Below are positions 25,051 through 32,000 of a DNA stretch of 32,000 bases, piece after piece (the stretch's first letter is position 1; each line of letters opens with the position of its first letter). A program made the position numbers and the translations under genes. The DNA is from Bacillota bacterium (GTDB lineage Bacteria; Bacillota; DTU025; MWDF01), in the NCBI GenBank assembly GCA_017994615.1, contig JAGOKM010000006.1, forward strand, positions 1 to 32,000, written 5' to 3'. The notes beneath the pieces are model-generated. The model did no database searches, was not told the DNA's origin, and saw only the letters and a list, made by a program, of their open reading frames with translations.

Positions 25051-25967
25051 CGGAATCCCCCTTGAGCCGCCCCGGCGTCAGCCATATGAGAAGCAGGCTC
25101 AGGTTCGCCGTCCATCTCCAGGGCCCCCCTGAACGCCGCCAGAGCCACTTCTACCATGCTGTCGTCGGGCTCCTTGGTGGTTAGCTTCTGCAGCTGGAGG
25201 CCAGGATATGATACAGCGCGCAGTATGGCGCTCTCGCGCCTCCTTGCGGCCAGCTTGAACAGCTCATAGGCGAGGCCCGCCACTAAAGGCAGCAGGATGA
25301 CCCTCGAGAGTATCCGCTCGAGCATAGTCTGCCTTCCCAGCAATGAATATATGAGTATGGACATGAACATCACAATAAGGAGGAAGTTCGTCCCGCACCT
25401 GGTATGCATGGTGTTGTGCGCCTGTATGTGCTCCGTGTCTAGCGGCTCGTCGGATTCGTAGGCCGCGATGACCTTGTGCTCGGCGCCATGGTATGCGAAC
25501 AGCCTCCTGATGTCCTTCATGAATGAGATCGCGTAAAGGTATAGGGCGAATATCGTGAGCCTCAACGCCCCTTCGATCAGGTTCACCGCCACTACGCTCC
25601 TGATGTACTTCGTGATTAGCCCTACCAGAAGGTTCGGCACTATTATGAACAGGCCTACGAAAAGGCCGAACGATGCTATCATAGTGAGGGCCACTTCCCA
25701 GCTCGAAAGCTTCTCGTCCTGGCCTGTGGCCTCGTTAGCCGAGAACATCAGGGCATCCATGCCGATTACGAGCGTCTCAACGAAGTTGACTACTCCCCTT
25801 ATGACCGGCAGCTTGAGGATGTGGTGTTTGTCCTGCTGCTTCATGAATTTCTTGTAGATGCTTATCTGCCCGTCGGGCTTCCTTACCGCCACGGCCATGC
25901 CCTTGCGTCCTCTCATCATGACGCCCTCCAGCACCGCCTGGCCTCCGTAACTGTGTTTTTCGCCCAT
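25047..25967 (-). CDS. DUF1385-family membrane protein (the family commonly found next to prfA/prmC)
   Basis: 306 aa. [14 protein letters not shown] near the N-terminus, the [10 protein letters not shown] motif, and several TM helices. A 4-nt overlap with the prfA start. Confidence 0.8.
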   Translation of the reverse strand: MGEKHSYGGQAVLEGVMMRGRKGMAVAVRKPDGQISIYKKFMKQQDKHHILKLPVIRGVVNFVETLVIGMDALMFSANEATGQDEKLSSWEVALTMIASFGLFVGLFIIVPNLLVGLITKYIRSVVAVNLIEGALRLTIFALYLYAISFMKDIRRLFAYHGAEHKVIAAYESDEPLDTEHIQAHNTMHTRCGTNFLLIVMFMSILIYSLLGRQTMLERILSRVILLPLVAGLAYELFKLAARRRESAILRAVSYPGLQLQKLTTKEPDDSMVEVALAAFRGALEMDGEPEPASHMADAGAAQGGFR

Positions 25968-25978
25968 GTCTTCTCCTC

Positions 25979-26581
25979 TCAGTCGGCCCCCGGCCTTCCT
26001 GGGACCTCATGACACCTGCGGCACCTTGCCTCATAGGATTCGCTTGCGCCGATCATAACTACGGGATCGTCGAACCTGGCGGGCTTGCCGTTCACCAGGC
26101 GTTGGGTCCTAGATGCCGTAGCGCCGCATCTCATGCATATCGCGTTAAGCTTGGTGACGTCCTCCGCCAGGGCCAGCAGCGCTGGCATCGGCCCGAACGG
26201 CTCCCCCCTGAAGTTGGTGTCGAGGCCCGCCACTATTACCCTAACGCCCCCTGAGGCGAGCTTGTCGCACACGCCCACCAGACCTTCGTCGAAGAACTGA
26301 GCCTCGTCTATGGCAACCACCTGTGTGCCTACGGGGATCTTCCCGATCAGGTCGTGGGAATTTGCGACAGGCATGCCTTCAAGCTTGTCCCCGTCATGGG
26401 ACACGACTTCGCTTTGAGAGAACCTGTCGTCTATGGAATGCTTCAGGACGACCACGCGCTGCTTGGCGATCCTCGCCCTTTTCACCCTCCTTATGAGCTC
26501 CTCGCTCTTTCCGGAGAACATGGAACCGCAGATTACCTCTATCCAGCCGCCGGGGTTGCTTACCCTGAGCTCCATCTGCAT
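25979..26581 (-). CDS. tdk: Thymidine kinase
   Basis: 200 aa. P-loop [21 protein letters not shown], and C-terminal zinc cysteines (CMRCG ... CRRCH). GGAGGT ribosome-binding site. Confidence 0.95.
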   Translation of the reverse strand: MQMELRVSNPGGWIEVICGSMFSGKSEELIRRVKRARIAKQRVVVLKHSIDDRFSQSEVVSHDGDKLEGMPVANSHDLIGKIPVGTQVVAIDEAQFFDEGLVGVCDKLASGGVRVIVAGLDTNFRGEPFGPMPALLALAEDVTKLNAICMRCGATASRTQRLVNGKPARFDDPVVMIGASESYEARCRRCHEVPGRPGAD

Positions 26582-26602
26582 TACCTCCAGGAGTGCCTTG
26601 CC

Positions 26603-26654
26603 AATTAATTATAAAATAATGTCGGAGCCTTAGCATATAGCAAGGCTCCGACAT
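26603..26654 (-). terminator. Rho-independent terminator downstream of rpmE
   Basis: 13-bp stem: atgtcggagcctt (26619-26631) pairs with aaggctccgacat (26642-26654). On the minus strand it is followed by TATTTTATAATTAATT. That tail also contains a TATAAT (26613-26608) that could serve as a -10 for tdk. Confidence 0.75.
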
Positions 26655-26699
26655 ATTCGTCTTAGGGCAAGCAGGCTCGAAGCCGGCTCGCCCGCAGCT

Positions 26700-26897
26700 C
26701 TAAAGGTTGTGCTTCTTGCGGAACTTCTCCACCCTGCCGCCGGTGTCTACTATCCTCTGGACCCCGGTAGTGAAAGGATGGCACTTGGAACAGATCTCGA
26801 CCCTGAGGTTCTCTGCCGTCGAACCCGCCTCGAAGGTCTCGCCGCATGCACAGGTGACTTTCGTCACCTTGTACTTCGGATGTATCTTTTCCTTCAT
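26700..26897 (-). CDS. rpmE: 50S ribosomal protein L31, zinc-binding (type A) form
   Basis: [65 protein letters not shown]. The start is ATG 26897, with GGAGGTG upstream. The longer ORF-track start at 26999 adds 34 non-homologous residues. Confidence 0.95.
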   Translation of the reverse strand: MKEKIHPKYKVTKVTCACGETFEAGSTAENLRVEICSKCHPFTTGVQRIVDTGGRVEKFRKKHNL

Positions 26898-26995
26898 TTC
26901 GTTCACCTCCACAAAAGAGAAGGAACTGTCTCTTTGACGTAAAGCAATAAGTAGTTTAACACAATGCCCTGGAAGAATGGAAGCGGAATCTATCC

Positions 26996-28165
26996 TCACC
27001 AGGCCCTGAAAATCAGGAACTTCAGGTACTCCGTCTCGGGCATCGAAAGCAGCTGCGTATGGTCCCTCGCCTGCGACCTTGCCTCCACAAGCTGGAGGTA
27101 CCTGCCGGCGTCGGCGCCTGCCGAGGCTATGACGTCCTTGAACATCTCCATGTCTATATGCTGCGAACAGCTCGATGTTACGAGATATCCGCCCGGCCTG
27201 GTCAGCTTGATGCCCCTCAGGTTTATCTCCTTGTATCCTCTCAGGGCGCCTTCTATCGCTTCCTTGTTCCTCGTAAAGGGCGGCGGGTCCAGCATTACTA
27301 GGTCGTAAGACGCCCCGTCCCTTACTAAGCCGTTCAGCTCGTCGAACGCGTTCACCGCGCTGAACCGGCTTATGCCTGCAAGGCCGTTTATCGATGCGTT
27401 GTGCCTGGCCTTCTCTATGGCCTGCCCGCTCATGTCCATGAAATGGACGCTCCTTGCGCCGCGTAGCCCCGCTAATATGCCGAAGCTGCCGTTGTAGCAG
27501 AAGGCGTCCAGGACGTCTGCATCCTTCGCAAAGCCGGCTGCGACAAGCCTGTTCTCCCTCTGGTCAAGGTAATAGCCCGTCTTCTGGCCGGTGGAGACGT
27601 CTATGTCCATGAGCGAGCCGTTCTCCCTTATCCTTACAGCCGTGTCGAACTGTTCCATCAGGAAGCCCTGCTTCGGTTCGAGGCCCTCGTACCTTCGGAC
27701 GGGCATGTCGTTCCTCTCATAGGCCTTCCTGGTGCCCAGCAGCTCGGATACCAAGGAGGCGAACATCCCCTTCCTCATATCCATCCCGAGGGTGGTCGTC
27801 TGCAGGACGAATACGTCCTCGTAGACGTCAACCGTAAGGCCCGGCAGCATGTCGCCCTCGCTGTTTACAAGCCTGTAACAGGTAGCCCCCTGGGCCACCA
27901 GCCTCCTGTAGTCCAGACAGCCCGCAAGGGCGCGCCTGAAGAACTCCTCGTCGACCGGCACGTCTTTCCTTGTGAGCATCCTCGCCTTCAGCGTGTCCGA
28001 GCCGCTTACCATAGCCTTCCCCAAAAAAACGCCCTGGAAGTTTACTACATCGGCTATGTCGCCCGGCGCAGCGGATTCTATGGCCTCTATCTCGCCTTCG
28101 AATATCCACAGGTGCCCCGATCTTATTCTCCTGTCCTTCCCCTTGTAGATCCTGATCCTTCCCAA
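26996..28165 (-). CDS. rlmI: Class I SAM-dependent rRNA (cytosine-C5) methyltransferase, RlmI/YwbD-like, with a PUA-like N-terminus
   Basis: 389 aa. N-terminus ...[23 protein letters not shown]-binding [12 protein letters not shown]. Catalytic-region VMLDPPPF and ...LVTSSCS. TTG start with GGAGGG 8 nt upstream. Confidence 0.8.
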   Translation of the reverse strand: MGRIRIYKGKDRRIRSGHLWIFEGEIEAIESAAPGDIADVVNFQGVFLGKAMVSGSDTLKARMLTRKDVPVDEEFFRRALAGCLDYRRLVAQGATCYRLVNSEGDMLPGLTVDVYEDVFVLQTTTLGMDMRKGMFASLVSELLGTRKAYERNDMPVRRYEGLEPKQGFLMEQFDTAVRIRENGSLMDIDVSTGQKTGYYLDQRENRLVAAGFAKDADVLDAFCYNGSFGILAGLRGARSVHFMDMSGQAIEKARHNASINGLAGISRFSAVNAFDELNGLVRDGASYDLVMLDPPPFTRNKEAIEGALRGYKEINLRGIKLTRPGGYLVTSSCSQHIDMEMFKDVIASAGADAGRYLQLVEARSQARDHTQLLSMPETEYLKFLIFRAW

Positions 28166-28184
28166 ATCGAAGCCCTCCGATGGT

Positions 28185-28221
28185 GGCGCCGCGGATTTGA
28201 CCCAGTCACCTCCGCGGCGCC
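28185..28221 (-). other. GC-rich hairpin between the giant surface-protein gene and rlmI (no U-tract)
   Basis: Perfect 11-bp stem: ggcgccgcgga (28185-28195) pairs with tccgcggcgcc (28211-28221), with a 15-nt loop. No T-run follows on the minus strand. Confidence 0.3.
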
Positions 28222-28242
28222 TCAGCTATGGCACAGGCCCTT

Positions 28243-31200
28243 CTACTTGTTGTAGGCCTCCACTTCGTATATCTTCACGAACTCGTCCTTGTAGAGCATG
28301 TCGTAGTAGTAGACCCTGATGGCGGTCGCCTGCACCCTGCTGAAGGTCATGCTTATAGCCACAACCTCGGTCTGGCTGGGAGTAGTACCTGCCGCCTTGT
28401 TGTCCTTGTAGTCGTAGATCTCTGTCCATTTCTCGTTTATCAGGGCCATCAGCTTCATGCTCTTAGGCGCGCTCGGTGCCGCTATCTTTATGACTACGTT
28501 GTTGAGCGCGACCGTCTTCTGGAAGTTGACCTCTATCCACTGAGGTGTGCCGGATGTGGCCGAGCCTTTGGACAGCCAGAAGGACGACACGTTCTCGTCT
28601 ATGGCTAGCGCCGCGGTGTTGCCCCCGGTCCATCCGTTGGTGTTTGTCTTCGTGCCCTGAGACTTGCCCGCCAGGTTGACCAGCCCGGGTTGCGTCGGCG
28701 TAACCGGAGGAGTCACTACAGGCGGTGTAACCACAGGAGGCGTTACAACTGGAGGCGTCACCGGAGGAGTCACGACGGGTGGCGTAACCACCGGCGGCGT
28801 CGATGTTGCCGCCGTGCGGAAGCTCGCCGTCTGGGATACCGCGACGTTGCCTGCAAGGTCCATCGCCACTGCCCTGAAATAGTACGTGGTATTGGGCTTC
28901 AGGCCCGTCAGGTTGAGGCTGAAGTTGGTGCTGCCTATCCTCGTCGGCGACGGATTCGGCGTTATTATTACCGTGCTTGGCTGGCTCGAGGTTGCTGCCG
29001 ACGACCTGACATCGGCGTCGCCTGAGACTGCGCTGAGCGAGGACGCGCTGGTGCCGAACTCCACGCTTCCGAAGGCCGGCTCGTTGGTGTACCAGGTTAT
29101 CGTCGCCGAGCTATCCGTTATGTTTCCGGACATGAGGTTCGATATGGTCGGCGCTTTGGTGTCCAGTATTATCTGCGCGACGTAGGCTTGCGAGACGTTG
29201 CCCGCAGCATCCCTGTACATGGCCCATATGTTCCTCTGCCCGTCCCCCTGGGCCATCGTGTAGGGCACCTTGCCGGCAAACTGCGTCCAGTTGCCCCATA
29301 CGACGTTGAACGAGCTTGTACCCTCGCCTATGCGGTATTGTATCGACGCCTGCGGCGTCACGTTGTCCTGGGCGTTTAGGTTCAAGTACACATACCTGGA
29401 CCTTGTATACATTGTGTTGTCATTGATCGTTATCGACCCTGTCGGAGGCATCGTGTCGGCGGGAGCCGCATCCTGTGTCCTGAAGCTGCCCACCTGGGAT
29501 GCCGACGCGTTGCCGGCGAGGTCCATGGCCACCGCCCTGAAGTAATAAGTGGTGCCGGGGCGCAGCCCTGTGATGGTGACGTTGAAGTTAGTGGCCCCCG
29601 TCCTCGTCGGGCTCGGGTTGGGGGTGATTATCACAGCGCTGGGCTCGGCCGAGCTTACCGAGGCCGACTTAGCCTCGCTGTCCCCAGTCGACAGGCTCAG
29701 GGCTATCGAAGAGGTGCCGTATTCTACGCTGCCGAACGCGGGCTCGTTGGTCATGAACGTGACTACGGCGCTTGTCTGCGTCACGTTGGCAAGTCCGAGG
29801 TTCAAGATCGATGGCGCCCTTGTGTCCAGTATTATCTGTGCGCCGTATGCCTGCGAGACGTTGCCCGCACCGTCCATGTACATCACCCATATGTTCCTCT
29901 GCCCGTCGCCGTAGGAGAGGGTGTATGGCACCCTGTTTGCGAACTGCGTCCAGTTGCCCCAGCTGATGCTGAAGGAGCTGATGCCCTCTCCTATCCTGTA
30001 CTGCAGACCGGACGTTGGAGTCATGTTGTCCTGGGCGTTGAGGTTGAGGTAGATGTACCTGGACCTCGTATACATCGTGTTGTCGTTGATAGTTACCGAC
30101 CCGCTCGGGGGCATAGTATCGACCGGCGCAGGGTCCGGCGTCCTGAAGCTTGCCACCTGCGTCGCTGCCGCGTTGCCGGCAAGGTCGACCGCGACCACCC
30201 TGTAGTAGTAGGTCGTGCTCGCCCTAAGGCCGGTTAAGCTGAAGTTGAAGTTCGTCGAACCGGTCCTGGTCGGCGAAGGGTTCGGAGTGATTATCACCGC
30301 TGTGGGCTCCGCCGAGCTCACCGAGGCGGATTTGGCCTCGCTGTCGCCTGCCGAGAGGCTGAGCGAGAACGACGCCGTACCGTACTCCACGTTTGCAAAC
30401 GACGGTTCGCTGGTCCTGAAGCTCACGACCGCACTCTGCGTCGTGACGTTGGAGACCGCAAGGTTGGTGATGGACGGCGCCTTGGTGTCTAGCACCACAT
30501 ACGCCCCGTAAGCCGGAGATGTGTTGCCAGCTGCATCCCTGTACATCACCCAGATGTTGCGCTGGCCGTCGCCGTAGCCCATTATGTACTGCACCCTGCT
30601 GGAGAAGCCCTGCCAGCTGCCCCATGCCACGTTGGCCTGGCTTGCGCCTTCACCTACCCTGAACTGTATCTCGGCCTGCGACGACCTGTCGTCCGTGGCG
30701 CTGAGGTTCAAGTAGACGTACCTTGAACGGGTGTACAGCGTGTTGTCGTTTATCGTAAGCGAGCCCGTGGGCGCCTTGGTGTCCGCAGGTATCGACGCCT
30801 GGGTCCTGAAGGACGCCACCGAGCTTTCGGCCGAGTTGCCGCCGGAATCGCGCGACATCACCTTGTAGAAGTATGTCGTATCGGGCCTGAGACCGGTGAG
30901 GAACACCCTATGTGCCCTCGTCGAGTCGCCCTGGCCTGCGCTGAAAGTCAGTGAAACGGATGATGTCCCGAAGAATACCCAGGAGTCCGAGTTCTCGTCG
31001 GTGTCCCATGTCACTTCCGCGTTGTCTATGCCGGCCTGGGCCCCCACCCAGCCGATCCTGGGGGCCGTCCTGTCAAGGGATATCGTGGTTGTCGCTTCGG
31101 TCGATACGTTGCCCGCTGCGTCCCTTACCCTTGCATAGACGGTCCTTGCCCCTTCCCTGTCGCTCAGCACGAAGCTGGCGAACGAGCTGTACGCAGACCA

Positions 31201-32000
31201 CGTGCTCCAGTTGGACGAGTCGTCCCTGAAGCTCATCTCGGCCACAAAGCCGGATTCGTCGGTGGCATAGAGCTCCAGGCTTATGGTCCTGTTGTTGGTG
31301 GAAGCCGCCCCGCCGTTGATCCTGAAGCTGTTGATCCTGGGAGCGCTCCTGTCGGCCGAGAGCGTGGTGAAGGTCCTGACGTCGGAATAGGCCTGCCGGC
31401 CGGCCGAATCCCACGCCACGATCTGGTACTGGTAGGTCGTTATCGGCTGGAGGGCCGAAATCGTCACCTGATGCCTCGTTGACGGGCCTACCTGCTGCGA
31501 TGTCAACTGCTGCCCGCCGCTGGAGTATACTATGTAGCCATATGCCTGCGCATCCGTAGACCATGCGACGGTCGCGGTATTCGCAGTCACGTTGCTGACG
31601 CTTATCCCCGTGATCGCAGGGGGCCTCGCTGCAGCGCTGGTCGTTAGCGTCACCGCCTGGCCTTCTGTCTTGAGGCCGTACGCGTCCACGGATATCGGCT
31701 TGAACTGGTAGGTCTGTCCCGGCAGGAGCCCTGCCACGTCGACGCTGTGCGACCTAGTGGAGGTCTCAGACCCCACGACGTTGGCCGACTGGCCCAGCTT
31801 GTATTCGACATAGCTGCTTGCTGGCCTGTCTGTCGCCCACTTGACGTTCACCGTGCCGGCCGATGTCTCCTGGGCCGTCACGTTGGTTATGACGGGCCCG
31901 GATATGTACTGGCTGATATCTACCTGCACAGGGGCGAAGTTCCCCGCCCCGTCCACCACTGCGGCCGAAACAACCCTGCTTGATCCCATCACGAACGTGA
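28243..32000 (-). CDS. Giant repetitive surface/secreted protein, N-terminus outside the window: FN3-like modules, Ig-like modules, Pro/Thr/Val linker, C-terminal F5/8 type C (discoidin) domain
   Basis: The frame stays open through 31993-32000 upstream of the ORF-track start, which is a GTG, and that start has no signal peptide, so the gene most likely continues upstream. FN3/purple-acid-phosphatase-N-like units (NVT..SA.V.W.T......VEYG...LTGL.P.TTY.YR). Units ending ...RDAAGN.S. A (TPPVV)n linker. Discoidin-like ...ALAIDENVSSFWLSKGSATSGTPQWIEVNF... Confidence 0.8.
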   Translation of the reverse strand, partial: TFVMGSSRVVSAAVVDGAGNFAPVQVDISQYISGPVITNVTAQETSAGTVNVKWATDRPASSYVEYKLGQSANVVGSETSTRSHSVDVAGLLPGQTYQFKPISVDAYGLKTEGQAVTLTTSAAARPPAITGISVSNVTANTATVAWSTDAQAYGYIVYSSGGQQLTSQQVGPSTRHQVTISALQPITTYQYQIVAWDSAGRQAYSDVRTFTTLSADRSAPRINSFRINGGAASTNNRTISLELYATDESGFVAEMSFRDDSSNWSTWSAYSSFASFVLSDREGARTVYARVRDAAGNVSTEATTTISLDRTAPRIGWVGAQAGIDNAEVTWDTDENSDSWVFFGTSSVSLTFSAGQGDSTRAHRVFLTGLRPDTTYFYKVMSRDSGGNSAESSVASFRTQASIPADTKAPTGSLTINDNTLYTRSRYVYLNLSATDDRSSQAEIQFRVGEGASQANVAWGSWQGFSSRVQYIMGYGDGQRNIWVMYRDAAGNTSPAYGAYVVLDTKAPSITNLAVSNVTTQSAVVSFRTSEPSFANVEYGTASFSLSLSAGDSEAKSASVSSAEPTAVIITPNPSPTRTGSTNFNFSLTGLRASTTYYYRVVAVDLAGNAAATQVASFRTPDPAPVDTMPPSGSVTINDNTMYTRSRYIYLNLNAQDNMTPTSGLQYRIGEGISSFSISWGNWTQFANRVPYTLSYGDGQRNIWVMYMDGAGNVSQAYGAQIILDTRAPSILNLGLANVTQTSAVVTFMTNEPAFGSVEYGTSSIALSLSTGDSEAKSASVSSAEPSAVIITPNPSPTRTGATNFNVTITGLRPGTTYYFRAVAMDLAGNASASQVGSFRTQDAAPADTMPPTGSITINDNTMYTRSRYVYLNLNAQDNVTPQASIQYRIGEGTSSFNVVWGNWTQFAGKVPYTMAQGDGQRNIWAMYRDAAGNVSQAYVAQIILDTKAPTISNLMSGNITDSSATITWYTNEPAFGSVEFGTSASSLSAVSGDADVRSSAATSSQPSTVIITPNPSPTRIGSTNFSLNLTGLKPNTTYYFRAVAMDLAGNVAVSQTASFRTAATSTPPVVTPPVVTPPVTPPVVTPPVVTPPVVTPPVTPTQPGLVNLAGKSQGTKTNTNGWTGGNTAALAIDENVSSFWLSKGSATSGTPQWIEVNFQKTVALNNVVIKIAAPSAPKSMKLMALINEKWTEIYDYKDNKAAGTTPSQTEVVAISMTFSRVQATAIRVYYYDMLYKDEFVKIYEVEAYNK
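28690..28806 (-). repeat. Low-complexity coding repeat encoding the (T-P-P-V-V)/(T-P-P-V) linker
   Basis: The translation is TSTPPVVTPPVVTPPVTPPVVTPPVVTPPVVTPPVTPTQP. The 12/15-nt units use varied synonymous codons. Confidence 0.8.
28795..30783 (-). repeat. Three in-frame tandem coding repeats of 663 bp (221 aa) inside the giant protein gene
   Basis: The D codon of the DT[KM][AP]P[TS]GS[LVI]TINDNT motif falls at 30783, 30120 and 29457, an exact 663-nt spacing. The copies have diverged at many positions and are not identical. A shorter, more divergent fourth unit lies at 31353-30784. Confidence 0.85.

Noticed and set aside
26898-26999. 34-codon N-terminal extension of rpmE in the ORF track
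   Set aside because: L31 homology begins at MKEKIHPKY, and GGAGGTG precedes that ATG. The extension would run through the rlmI-rpmE intergenic region.
28690-30783. Tandem repeats considered as a CRISPR array, a satellite or a mobile-element remnant
   Set aside because: The period is 663 nt, in frame and fully coding. The copies are diverged and encode homologous protein modules. The 12/15-nt repeats encode a TPPVV linker. There is no short-repeat/unique-spacer organisation and no cas genes.
1-32000. Searched for defence systems, prophage or mobile elements (integrase, transposase, terminal inverted repeats, tRNA-flanked islands, toxin-antitoxin pairs)
   Set aside because: Nothing of the kind was recognisable. 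Every sizeable ORF on the coding strand is accounted for by envelope or housekeeping functions, and no tRNA or rRNA gene or long inverted repeat was seen.

Overview
GC-rich bacterial chromosomal window. Every gene I can support (about 27) lies on the minus strand, with short gaps or overlapping stop/start codons. All family calls come from motifs read by eye in the supplied translations, with no searches run.

Right half (about 17-28 kb): a housekeeping block in the order rlmI-like, rpmE, tdk, DUF1385, prfA, prmC, sua5/tsaC, rpiB fused to upp, dCMP deaminase, wecA/tagO, wecB/mnaA, murA. As far as I recall, this order resembles the Bacillus/clostridial neighbourhood.

Left half (1-17 kb): an outer-membrane biogenesis and tethering island. 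Reading in the direction of transcription it contains:
- an S55 (SpoIVB-type) peptidase
- bamA with 3 POTRA repeats
- skp/ompH
- an LptF/G permease fused in frame to LptD
- lptC-like, lptA-like and lptB genes
- a DUF3084-like coiled-coil membrane protein
- a monocistronic 1050-aa SLH / coiled-coil / beta-barrel protein (OmpM/SlpA-type tether)
- a small operon of a RuvX/YqgF-like protein, a second OM beta-barrel protein and a secreted protein that runs off the window (not in the ORF track)

Far right (28.2-32 kb): the C-terminal 1250+ aa of a giant repetitive surface protein with FN3-like modules, three 663-bp tandem units, a Pro/Thr/Val linker and a discoidin domain.

I found no rRNA, tRNA, CRISPR, transposase, integrase or obvious defence genes.

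The most interesting items are the LptF/G-LptD fusion with an internal signal-peptide-like joint, the very long tether protein, the DUF3084 gene riding on lptCAB, and the unexplained RuvX-like/OMP/secreted-protein operon.
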